A stretch of 64,000 bases of DNA from Desulfurivibrionaceae bacterium (GTDB taxonomy: Bacteria > Desulfobacterota > Desulfobulbia > Desulfobulbales > SURF-16). Made by a program: the position numbers and the translations under genes. The stretch spans positions 556 through 64,555 of the forward strand of contig JBKHJR010000004.1 of NCBI GenBank assembly GCA_046537975.1, read 5' to 3'. The notes under the pieces are model-generated. The model saw nothing but the letters and a program-made list of their open reading frames with translations, did not search any database and had not been told where the DNA came from. Within the stretch, counting starts at the first letter, position 1; each line of letters opens with the position of its first letter. Of the stretch, positions 1 through 8,208 are shown piece by piece.

Positions 1-400
1 CGACGACCACGATATTGTTACGGTTAAGATAATCATGGACCAGCCGGGTGTCTACCGACCTTATCCTGGCCCTGGTATACAGGCTGTCGGTCTGAATTTT
101 TATCTGGTCGCCCAGAAGAGAGACCGCATTATGCCCGGCCTCTTTTATGGCCATGGCAAAAAGGGCCACGGTAACCTGCTCACCGGTGGATAAAAGCACA
201 TCCATTTCCCGGGGGTCGGGGATTTCCTGCATCTGGTGGGCCATCTCCACAAAACGGTCAGTCTCTCCCCCCATGGCGGACAGCACCACTACCATTTGAT
301 TACCCTGGTTTTGATAATTCAAAACCCTCTGAGCTACAGCCTTTATTTTTTCAGGACTGGCCACAGATGAGCCGCCGAATTTTTGTACTATAAGGGCCAT
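1..400 (-). CDS. lysC: aspartate kinase, N-terminal part (gene runs off window start)
   Basis: Reverse-strand ATG at complement of 398-400. Translation MALIVQKFGGSSVASPEKIKAVAQRV...VVVLSAMGGETD matches aspartokinase N-terminal motifs (KFGGSS, SAMGG.TD). Absent from ORF track because it is truncated by the window edge. Confidence 0.85.
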   Translation of the reverse strand, partial: MALIVQKFGGSSVASPEKIKAVAQRVLNYQNQGNQMVVVLSAMGGETDRFVEMAHQMQEIPDPREMDVLLSTGEQVTVALFAMAIKEAGHNAVSLLGDQIKIQTDSLYTRARIRSVDTRLVHDYLNRNNIVVV

Positions 401-610
401 TTATTCAGTATACTCCTTCAGATTTATGGGAAAAAATCGTAATAAATCCTGGAAACACGGTTAAGCCGGGGCTTTTACCAATTCTGCAGCTAAGCTTGAG
501 CTTGCTTATTTACAGAAAATTGCCGTATAATAATAGCAGGTATGTATAGGCTGTTTCTGCAAAAATCCCGGACGAATCTTTCATGGTCTGTAATTATTAA
601 CATTTTACCT

Positions 611-619
611 TGATATAAT
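611..619 (+). promoter_or_regulatory. candidate extended -10 promoter element (TGaTATAAT) upstream of M23 peptidase gene
   Basis: Sequence tgatataat at 611-619, about 80 nt upstream of the likely ATG at 698. No convincing -35 seen. Confidence 0.3.
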
Positions 620-697
620 CGGTAAGCCTTACTATGATGGCAGAACCGGTTTTTGACCAGGAAGACTTATCTACTAATAACCTTAGAAAAATACCTT

Positions 698-2146
698 ATG
701 CGTCTTAATAGTTCAACCGTCTTTTTCGTCCTTGGTCTTTGGAGCGGAATGCTGATCTCCTCCATTTTTCTTGGTAAGGCAAACCAGCCTCCTGACCAAA
801 CAGCATCAATATCCACCCCGGTTACTGAAAAATCCACCCCGGTTGCTGAAAAACAATCAGAACCTGATGGACAGACAGATTCCTCTTCTTCCCAAAGAAA
901 TAAGATCGCTTTAAAAGAAGACAAGGCGCTGGCTGATTCGAATACTACGACTCCGCTGATACAGGCCGAAACCGCTACTCCCCCCTTTTCCCAGCCCATT
1001 GCTCATAAAATAAGCGGTAAACTGCAGCCCGGGGACACTTTGAGTGATTCTCTGTCCCGGCACCAGGAGATCCCCTCCCGGGTCAAAAGGCAGATAATCG
1101 ACAAGCTCTCTTCCTGTCTTGACCTGCGCCGCCTTAAATCCACGGACAACTATACTGTATTTCTGGGTGAAAATAATGAGCTGATCAGCTGTCAATACCA
1201 GGTTGGCCCTCTGGAATCCTACACCGTAAAGAAAAAAGACGGAGAATTGGCCACCAATCAGGACGCTGTTCCCCTGGAGGTAAAAACCCGCTATATCAGT
1301 GGAGAAATAGAGAACTCCCTGTTCGGGGCCTTTAACGGAATAGGTGAGGAATCCTCTCTGGTTTATGCCTTTGCCGATATATTTGCCTCCAAGATCAACT
1401 TCAACCGTGAAGTCCGGTCGGGAGACAAATTTGAAGCTCTCTGTGAAAAATATTACAAGGATTCCGAATTCATCGGTTACGGAAATATTCTCTATGCCAG
1501 TTATACACCGGCTAAAGGCGAAGGCTATGAAGGTTTCTTCTATAATCCCGAAAATGATTCCGGAGCCTATTATGATCCGGACGGTAAAGAACTCGGCACC
1601 TTTTTCCTGAAAACCCCTTTAGAGATATTCCGTGTTTCCTCGGGATTCACCTGGAAACGCGAACACCCCATCCTGGATGAAGTCCGGCCCCATCTCGGAG
1701 TTGATCTTGCCGCCCCTACCGGGACCCCGGTCCGGGCTGTAGCTGACGGTAAAATAACCTTCAAGGGTAAAAGAGGGGGATTCGGCAACCAGGTCATAAT
1801 CACCCATAGAAATAACCACAAGACCTATTACGGCCACCTTTCCAGATTTTCCGGGAGCCTGAGCCGGGGAGACAAGGTCAAACAGAAACAGGTAATCGGC
1901 TACGTCGGCTCCACCGGTCTTTCCACCGGGCCCCACCTGGACTATCGCCTGAAAAGAGGTGATAAGTTTGTTGATCCCATGAACCAGGAATTCAAACCCC
2001 GCTCCATTCTCGAAGGCCGCGAATTAGCGCTTTTCCGGGAAAAAACGTCAGAAATAAACACCATGCTTGCAAAAAAGGAGGACAAGAAAAACCTTCCGGT
2101 CAAGCGGCTGGTGTTTAACCCCGGCGACGATATAGATTTCTTCTGA
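698..2146 (+). CDS. M23 family metallopeptidase (LytM/peptidoglycan DD-endopeptidase-like) with N-terminal membrane anchor
   Basis: ORF 653-2146 opens with TTG; the first in-frame ATG is at 698 (MRLNSSTVFFVLGLW... TM helix). C-terminus has HLGVDLAAPTGTPV...GSTGLSTGPHLDY, the M23 HxxxD / HxH-type motifs. Confidence 0.85.
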   Translation: MRLNSSTVFFVLGLWSGMLISSIFLGKANQPPDQTASISTPVTEKSTPVAEKQSEPDGQTDSSSSQRNKIALKEDKALADSNTTTPLIQAETATPPFSQPIAHKISGKLQPGDTLSDSLSRHQEIPSRVKRQIIDKLSSCLDLRRLKSTDNYTVFLGENNELISCQYQVGPLESYTVKKKDGELATNQDAVPLEVKTRYISGEIENSLFGAFNGIGEESSLVYAFADIFASKINFNREVRSGDKFEALCEKYYKDSEFIGYGNILYASYTPAKGEGYEGFFYNPENDSGAYYDPDGKELGTFFLKTPLEIFRVSSGFTWKREHPILDEVRPHLGVDLAAPTGTPVRAVADGKITFKGKRGGFGNQVIITHRNNHKTYYGHLSRFSGSLSRGDKVKQKQVIGYVGSTGLSTGPHLDYRLKRGDKFVDPMNQEFKPRSILEGRELALFREKTSEINTMLAKKEDKKNLPVKRLVFNPGDDIDFF

Positions 2147-2628
2147 TGGCTCCGCCTCAGGATCCCTTTAACGTGGTTCTGGTTGAACCGGAAATCCCCC
2201 CCAACACCGGCAGCATAGCCCGCCTGTGCGGAGCGACCGGTGCGGTCCTCCACCTGGTCAGACCCCTGGGATTCAGCACTGATGACAAGTACCTGAAAAG
2301 GGCCGGGCTCGACTACTGGCAATACGTATCCATAACCTATTGGGACAATCTGGACAGATTCTTGGAGGCCCAGCCGGAAGAAAAACTCTTCTTTTTCAGC
2401 ACCAAAGCCAAGTCCTTATACACCGAAGTCTCTTTCCGTCCGGGCGACTTCCTTATTTTCGGCCGGGAGACCAGAGGACTGCCGTCGGAAATCCTCAATC
2501 TTTACCAGGACCGCTGCTACAGACTGCCCATGAGCAGTCCCAACATAAGAAGCCTTAATCTGGGCATGACCGTGGGCATTGTCCTTTACGAAGCCTTAAG
2601 GCAGCACTCCTTCACGTTTTTAAAGTGA
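2146..2628 (+). CDS. trmL: tRNA (cytidine/uridine-2'-O-)-methyltransferase, SpoU/TrmL family
   Basis: 160 aa. VVLVEPEIPPNTGSIARLCGATGAVLHLVRPLGF...KRAGLDYW is typical of TrmL. TGATG overlap with the upstream stop. Confidence 0.85.
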   Translation: MAPPQDPFNVVLVEPEIPPNTGSIARLCGATGAVLHLVRPLGFSTDDKYLKRAGLDYWQYVSITYWDNLDRFLEAQPEEKLFFFSTKAKSLYTEVSFRPGDFLIFGRETRGLPSEILNLYQDRCYRLPMSSPNIRSLNLGMTVGIVLYEALRQHSFTFLK

Positions 2629-3726
2629 TCAGGCTTTCTTGGACTCTTCTTCGTCTATATTACGCATTCCGTCCATAAGCAGTTTCATGAAGCTTCCCAG
2701 AGGAGGGGCGCCCATCTCTTCCAGGGGAACACTGGTTGTGAAGGTGAATCTGCCTTCATGTTCTTTAAGGAGGGCAAAGAAGGCCTCCTCCCCTGTTTTG
2801 CCGCCGTATTCCACCTTAACGATCTCCCCCTCGCTGAAAACAATCCTGGCTTTCTCCCCGCGGGCCAATTCCAGCAGAACGGCACCGGTTTTCATATTTT
2901 CATGAAGCATTTGCAGGATCTCGGGAAGAGCCAGTTCATTGAGCTGACCGGACATCCCGTAAGAGAGACTTTCAGCCATGGAAGTATTTGCCGCCGAAAC
3001 CCTCTGGGCCATAATCCGGGAAAAAGCCATATGCAGGAAAGGCTTCTTGATAAACAACTGGCTTAAATCCCTGCCGCTTATAGAAAGGAGTTTGACTTCC
3101 TCAATCACCTTTATCGTGGCACAGGTGAATTGACCGGTAAAGAGACTCATCTCTCCGAAAATCTCTCCTCTGCCCAGTTCGGCTATATTATTTCCCTGGG
3201 AGTCTATTACCGAAACCCTGCCGTCTACAATCATATAGAGTTTCCTGCCGGGCTCCCCCGCATGGATAATAACATCTTCCCTGTCATAGTTTTCTATATT
3301 CAAATAACCGGTGATTTCTTCAAGACCGGCGTCATCCAGAATCTGGAAGAAGGAGAAAGTATTAATTAAATCACCCCAAGAGCCCGAATCCTGCTCTTTC
3401 CGGCTTTTGCCTTCTAAAGCCGCCATCATCCTCATCTGGGGAGTCTGATATTCACTCTCCTCCAGGAAGGTGAACTTTATCATTCCGGTACAGCCACCGC
3501 AGGTGAGTTCCTTCCGGCTTTTCAGCGCATCTATCGAACCGAGGGAGTTATCTGTACTTTCCAGCAGGATAGCGGCAATCTCCCTGGCAAGCAGAAAGCA
3601 CACAGGCTTGTTATTCTTTACAGACAGGCCGTAGCCGGAAAGAAAGAATTCATCTCCCCTTTCATAAAGGGGACAATGCTGGGCATCAGATACCGAAAAT
3701 TGCGCTTCAAGGAGGTTTGACGACAT
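2629..3726 (-). CDS. cyclic-nucleotide-binding domain protein with C-terminal DUF4388 (PATAN-like) domain and 4-Cys N-terminal domain
   Basis: Central cNMP-binding signature (IIHAGEPGRKLYMIVDGRVSV...GRGEIFGEMSLFTG). C-terminal LALPEILQMLHENMKTGAVLLE...IVFSEGEIV...GEEAFFALL resembles DUF4388. N-terminus has Cys at HCP, VCF and CGGC. Confidence 0.7.
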   Translation of the reverse strand: MSSNLLEAQFSVSDAQHCPLYERGDEFFLSGYGLSVKNNKPVCFLLAREIAAILLESTDNSLGSIDALKSRKELTCGGCTGMIKFTFLEESEYQTPQMRMMAALEGKSRKEQDSGSWGDLINTFSFFQILDDAGLEEITGYLNIENYDREDVIIHAGEPGRKLYMIVDGRVSVIDSQGNNIAELGRGEIFGEMSLFTGQFTCATIKVIEEVKLLSISGRDLSQLFIKKPFLHMAFSRIMAQRVSAANTSMAESLSYGMSGQLNELALPEILQMLHENMKTGAVLLELARGEKARIVFSEGEIVKVEYGGKTGEEAFFALLKEHEGRFTFTTSVPLEEMGAPPLGSFMKLLMDGMRNIDEEESKKA

Positions 3727-3848
3727 ATCATACCTGAAAATAGCGATTATTGAATGATGAATCCCGAAGGTCCAATTGCCACTCTGCGATTGTAGGGGGT
3801 TTTATTATTCATCATCCTTATCCTGTCCCCTGGTCCATTATGGATAAA

Positions 3849-4478
3849 TCAGGCCTTAACCATCTCCCGGGCTATCTTCCGGGCATATTTGTCCAAAACA
3901 GTCTTTATATCGTCATCTGTTTCCTGATGGCCTGCCGACTCTTCAGCCTGCTCAGCCATGCCTTTATATTTTTCCACTTCCTGTTCCAGCTCTTCCGTTT
4001 TCCGGGAATAATCTTCCTTCACCTGCTCCAGTTCATTTACCAGTCTGTCCCGTTCACTTGAAACCTCTGCAAGCGAATCCTCCTTCTCTCTGATCTGGCT
4101 TTCCTGTTCTGTTACCTTACTGGAGAACTCTTCCATCTTTTTCTCCAGCCCCTGCCTCTGCTGCTTTTCTTCTTCCCAAGACTGCCGCACCTCTTCCAGT
4201 TCTTTCAACTGATCGTTGGCGACAACCAGCTTTTCCTTAAGCAGTTTTTTTTCATTAAGCAGTTTCTTGGTCTCTTTCTTCTCAGATTCAAGAGAATCTT
4301 CTGTTTCAATCAACTCCTCACCGACCCTTTCAATCTGTTCCAGCCGCCGGTTCTCAAGCTCCTGCAGTTTCACGGCACTCTTTTTTTTCATCACAACCCA
4401 TGATAGCAAGGCGCCCAGCAGAATAAAAAAGAGGCCTGCACCACCCAGAATTAAAATTTGCACCATATTGATTGACAT
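3849..4478 (-). CDS. membrane-anchored coiled-coil protein, unknown function
   Basis: 209 aa. N-terminal TM helix (ILILGGAGLFFILLGALLSWVV) followed by a highly E/K/L/Q-rich heptad-like sequence. No recognisable catalytic motif. Confidence 0.6.
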   Translation of the reverse strand: MSINMVQILILGGAGLFFILLGALLSWVVMKKKSAVKLQELENRRLEQIERVGEELIETEDSLESEKKETKKLLNEKKLLKEKLVVANDQLKELEEVRQSWEEEKQQRQGLEKKMEEFSSKVTEQESQIREKEDSLAEVSSERDRLVNELEQVKEDYSRKTEELEQEVEKYKGMAEQAEESAGHQETDDDIKTVLDKYARKIAREMVKA

Positions 4479-4502
4479 GACTGAATTCCTCTTTATAACT
4501 GA

Positions 4503-5339
4503 TTAAACTAATAAATAAACAGTTATTCCGCCGTACAGGACAAGCCAGCTACAGACGAAATAGACTGCCCTCTTCCCCCATATATCCTCCAGGCGGATCA
4601 TGGCCAGAGCGGCAACAAGCATCAAGGGAATAACCACCCCGGACCAGAATGGGTGGATAAAACGCAACAGTTCCTGAATACCCAGAAAAAACCAGGGGCC
4701 GCTGATCATAAGCTCTCCGGGCTTATCTATATCCATCGGGGCTTTCAGGACAAGACTTAATCCCATGACCAGGAAAATAAGTAGTCCATGCTTCAAAAAG
4801 CCGGTGGGGTAACGCCGGATATGATCCCAGACCAATACCACCCACAGAACCACCAGACCTATCAGATGGTTGACATATACATTCTGAATTCCTTCTTTTG
4901 TTATATTGAATAGAAGCTCATTCAACAGCCCTCCCAGCAGAGGGATCGATAAGACGATGTTCTCGGCAATTACACCCGCCGATTCCCCGGTACTGTCCCC
5001 TCTCAGTATGTAGCCGGTAAAGAGCAGGAGAATGGTAACAGGAATGCTGGCGACAAGCATCACATATCTGGGCAGGGAAAGCCGGAATACAGTGCGGTTT
5101 TTAATTACGGCCCAGAGGTGGAATCCGCTGAAAACAAAGAAGATCTGGCTGGAATAGAAATGGAGCGAACGCAGGAACCGGCCGAAGGGAATAAGGCTGT
5201 CTATGGCCACAGACGAATAGAAGGGATGCGCGGGGTCATACTTCAGTGCCACCACGATACCGCTGAGTATGGAAATATAAAGGGCTACAAGGCTGTACTC
5301 ACCCCACTTAACTTTATCAAGGTTCCTGATTATTAACAT
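4503..5339 (-). CDS. cytochrome b/b6-like membrane subunit of a Rieske/cytb complex (about 7 TM)
   Basis: His pairs H60/H74 (LRSLHFYSS...GFHLW) and H158/H173 (VNHLIG...WDHIRR) have b6-type spacing. A PEWY-loop equivalent SGPWFFLGIQELLRFI is present. Lies 10 nt downstream of the Rieske gene. Confidence 0.7.
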   Translation of the reverse strand: MLIIRNLDKVKWGEYSLVALYISILSGIVVALKYDPAHPFYSSVAIDSLIPFGRFLRSLHFYSSQIFFVFSGFHLWAVIKNRTVFRLSLPRYVMLVASIPVTILLLFTGYILRGDSTGESAGVIAENIVLSIPLLGGLLNELLFNITKEGIQNVYVNHLIGLVVLWVVLVWDHIRRYPTGFLKHGLLIFLVMGLSLVLKAPMDIDKPGELMISGPWFFLGIQELLRFIHPFWSGVVIPLMLVAALAMIRLEDIWGKRAVYFVCSWLVLYGGITVYLLV

Positions 5340-5349
5340 ATTATTCGGC

Positions 5350-5769
5350 TTATTTACTTACAATATAGCCGTCCTCCGGTTCCTTGCCCATCTTTTCCAC
5401 AGCCAGCCGTGGTAAATTCTCTTTCGCGGGACCGGCTATCCTCTTCCCCTCCCTGGTGAATTTACTGGCATGACAGGGACAGATAAGAAGCTTTTTTTCC
5501 ACGGAATAGTGTAAACGGCAGCCCAGATGAGTGCAGGTTCGCGACAGCGCCCACACCCGGTCTCCTTCATCTTCCCGGAAAAGAATGAAGTCAGGGTCAA
5601 GAAACACCTCTCCGGGCAGAAGCTTCTCTTCCACTTTCACCAGTTCCGGTTTCCGGGGGGTGCTGAACCGGATAAATCTCCACAGGGGATAAACCAGTAC
5701 TCCTGCCCCTAAAAGCCGGAGCCAGAACCAGCTGTTTTTTAAAAAAGCCCTCTTAGATTCAGAATGCAC
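5350..5769 (-). CDS. Rieske [2Fe-2S] iron-sulfur subunit (bc-type)
   Basis: 139 aa. Box I CTHLGC and box II CPCHAS, including both disulfide cysteines. N-terminal SKRAFLK followed by a TM helix resembles a KR-variant Tat signal anchor. Confidence 0.85.
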   Translation of the reverse strand: MHSESKRAFLKNSWFWLRLLGAGVLVYPLWRFIRFSTPRKPELVKVEEKLLPGEVFLDPDFILFREDEGDRVWALSRTCTHLGCRLHYSVEKKLLICPCHASKFTREGKRIAGPAKENLPRLAVEKMGKEPEDGYIVSK

Positions 5770-5827
5770 AGCGGAATAAGGGATAAGTATTAGGTATTAT
5801 GTTGTTCATCAAGTCTTATTAAGACAA

Positions 5828-6349
5828 TCAGCCGATAAAACGTTTTCTCAGGGCCTCGCAGACATGATCAGGCACCAGGCCGTTAATATCTCCGCCGTGC
5901 CTGGCAACATCCTTGATTATACTGGAACTGATATAGATCCAACGCAGGCCTGTCATCAGAAAAACGGTCTCCACATCTCTTTCTATTTTACGGTTCATCA
6001 AGGCCAGCTGGAACTCGTAATCAAAATCGGACAAGGCCCTTAAACCCCGGACAATAACCTTGGCTCCCTTGCTATAGGCGTAGTCCACCAACAGCCCCTG
6101 AGTGTGGTCGACTTCAATCCGGTCCTCATCTTCAGGGAAACTGTCCCTGATCATCTGGAGCCTGTCATCCAGAGAAAACAGGGACTGTTTTTCAGGATTC
6201 TGGGCAATAACAACAATCACACGGTCAAAGATGGTTTTGGCCCTTTTAATGATATCCAGGTGTCCCATGGTAACGGGATCAAAAGTTCCGGGATAGACGG
6301 CGATTGTTTCGTTAACCTCCGGAGAGATCAGGGGGCGGTATGTACTCAT
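5828..6349 (-). CDS. coaD: pantetheine-phosphate adenylyltransferase
   Basis: 173 aa. AVYPGTFDPVTMGHLDIIKRA (T/HxGH nucleotidyltransferase motif) and overall CoaD-like sequence. Confidence 0.9.
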   Translation of the reverse strand: MSTYRPLISPEVNETIAVYPGTFDPVTMGHLDIIKRAKTIFDRVIVVIAQNPEKQSLFSLDDRLQMIRDSFPEDEDRIEVDHTQGLLVDYAYSKGAKVIVRGLRALSDFDYEFQLALMNRKIERDVETVFLMTGLRWIYISSSIIKDVARHGGDINGLVPDHVCEALRKRFIG

Positions 6350-6458
6350 AAAGCCTGCAATTGGAATTTAGTCTTCAGGCCCCGGCCGGTGGCGTGATAA
6401 CTGTTGCCATCCAAGGGGCAGTGAATAGCTGCGGTGTATCTAAACAAATGCTTAATAC

Positions 6459-7043
6459 TTACCTGTCCTCATCCTGTTTAACTGAATAAAACCAGAAACC
6501 GGCTTCCCCGTAGGACCGCTGATCATAGAGAATCAGATCTCCAGCTTTATGCGGCAATTCCTCCCCGCTTCTGATCTCGACTACCACCACCGCTTCCTCT
6601 GCCAGGATATTGCGACGGCTGATCTTCTCCAGCATGGAGCCGGCAAGCGGCATGTGGTAAGGAGGGTCCATAAAGACAAGACTGAATCCCGGCTCAGGAC
6701 GGAGTTGTTCCAGAAGATCAAGTTCACCGGCGAGATCGGCTCTTTTGCAGACAGCTCGCTTCTCAAAAGAACATAACTCTGTATTCCTCTTGATCAGGTC
6801 AAGGGCTCCGGGATTATTATCCACCAGGACCGCCTTCTCGGCTCCCCTGCTCAGGGCTTCCAGGGCCATGGCACCGGTGCCGGCAAAAAGATCCAGTACG
6901 AAAGCACCGGCGATTTCCGCTCTCAGGAGATTAAAAACCGCCTCTCTGGCCCGGTCGGATGTCGGCCGGATTCTGTGGTGCCGCCCCCCTTTTCCCGGAC
7001 CGGCCAGTCTCCGTCCTCTCGCTGATCCGGCAATTATCCGCAT
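6459..7043 (-). CDS. rsmD: 16S rRNA (guanine966-N2)-methyltransferase
   Basis: MRIIAGSARGRRL..., DLFAGTGAMALEALSRGA and VFMDPPY motifs typical of RsmD. Conserved rsmD-coaD pairing. Confidence 0.85.
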   Translation of the reverse strand: MRIIAGSARGRRLAGPGKGGRHHRIRPTSDRAREAVFNLLRAEIAGAFVLDLFAGTGAMALEALSRGAEKAVLVDNNPGALDLIKRNTELCSFEKRAVCKRADLAGELDLLEQLRPEPGFSLVFMDPPYHMPLAGSMLEKISRRNILAEEAVVVVEIRSGEELPHKAGDLILYDQRSYGEAGFWFYSVKQDEDR

Positions 7044-7055
7044 TAATAAACAGGA

Positions 7056-8078
7056 TCAGATGTATTTACCGATCAAAACCTCGGCAATCTGAACGGTGTT
7101 GAGAGCCGCGCCCTTGAGGATATTATCGGAAACAACCCACATGTCAATGCCGTTGGCTATGGTATTGTCCTCCCGTATACGGCCCACGAAAGTCTCAAAT
7201 TTCCCGGCGCAGTCAACAGGCAGGGGATATTTATTGTCAGCCGGGTTATCAACCAGTTCAACTCCGGGTGCGCCTGCCATCAATTCCTTGACCTCTGCGG
7301 CGCTGATCTTCTGTTCAGTCTCGATATTGACCGCCTCAGAGTGGCCATAGATGACCGGAACCCTCACGGTAGTGGCACTGATTGCTATTTTCTCATCACC
7401 GAAGATCTTTTTGGTCTCATTTACCATCTTCATCTCTTCCTCGGTATAACCGTTCTCCAGGAAGGAACCGATGTGAGGCAGGCAGTTAAAGGCGATCTGG
7501 TGAGGATATACCTCATTTTCCATAGGCTCTCCAGCTACATAAGACCGGATCTGCTTTTCCAGCTCGTCGATTGCCGAGGTTCCGGAGCCGGAAACAGCCT
7601 GATAGGTGGAAACCACAAGCCGTTTGATCCCCACCTTGTCGTATATGGGTTTCAGGGCCACCAGCATCTGGATTGTGGAACAGTTGGGATTGGCGATTAT
7701 CCCCTTACCGGTGTACAGGCCTACGTCGTCGGGGTTGACTTCCGGTACCACCAGGGGGACTTCGGGGTCCATCCGGAAGGCGGAGGAGTTATCAACCACC
7801 ACCGCTCCGGCCTCGGCTGCTGCCGGGGAAAACTCCAGGGAGCGGCCGCCGCCCGCGGAAAACAGGGCAACATCTATCCCGGTAAAGGCATCCTTATCCA
7901 GAAGCTGGACGGCTATTTCCTCCCCCTTAAAAGACAGCTTCTTGCCTACGGAGCGCTCAGAAGCCAATAAACGCAGTTCCTTGATCGGAAAATTCCTTCT
8001 TTCCAGCACATCAAGCATGGCCCCGCCCACAGCACCGGTAGCCCCGGCAACCGCAACATTATAACCGTCTGATCTCAT
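7056..8078 (-). CDS. asd: aspartate-semialdehyde dehydrogenase
   Basis: 340 aa. VAVAGATGAVGGAML (NADP fold), NPNCSTIQM (active-site Cys) and SGSG motifs. Confidence 0.92.
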   Translation of the reverse strand: MRSDGYNVAVAGATGAVGGAMLDVLERRNFPIKELRLLASERSVGKKLSFKGEEIAVQLLDKDAFTGIDVALFSAGGGRSLEFSPAAAEAGAVVVDNSSAFRMDPEVPLVVPEVNPDDVGLYTGKGIIANPNCSTIQMLVALKPIYDKVGIKRLVVSTYQAVSGSGTSAIDELEKQIRSYVAGEPMENEVYPHQIAFNCLPHIGSFLENGYTEEEMKMVNETKKIFGDEKIAISATTVRVPVIYGHSEAVNIETEQKISAAEVKELMAGAPGVELVDNPADNKYPLPVDCAGKFETFVGRIREDNTIANGIDMWVVSDNILKGAALNTVQIAEVLIGKYI

Positions 8079-8087
8079 TATATAACC

Positions 8088-8129
8088 TCATTTTTAGTTT
8101 TTAGTTCTCAGTTCTCTGTTCTTAGTTCT
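8088..8129 (-). repeat. tandem heptamer repeat (plus strand TAGTTCT-like; mRNA sense AGAACUR) in the asd 5' leader
   Basis: Read directly as tcatttt|tagtttt|tagttct|cagttct|ctgttct|tagttct at 8088-8129, ending about 10 nt upstream of the asd ATG. One isolated TAGTTCT copy lies at 8192-8198. Confidence 0.8.
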
Positions 8130-8208
8130 AAGTCCGGTACGGCCAAATAACTCTTGTCGGCCATCCTTGTGCCTTATACCTTGGACCTGTTTAGTTCTCT
8201 GCACCTTA

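Noticed and set aside
401-652. Possible lysine riboswitch (L-box) in the lysC 5' region.
   Set aside because: I read the reverse strand upstream of the lysC ATG and found none of the conserved L-box core sequences I know. The region is AT-rich and only about 200 nt long. An Rfam scan would be decisive.
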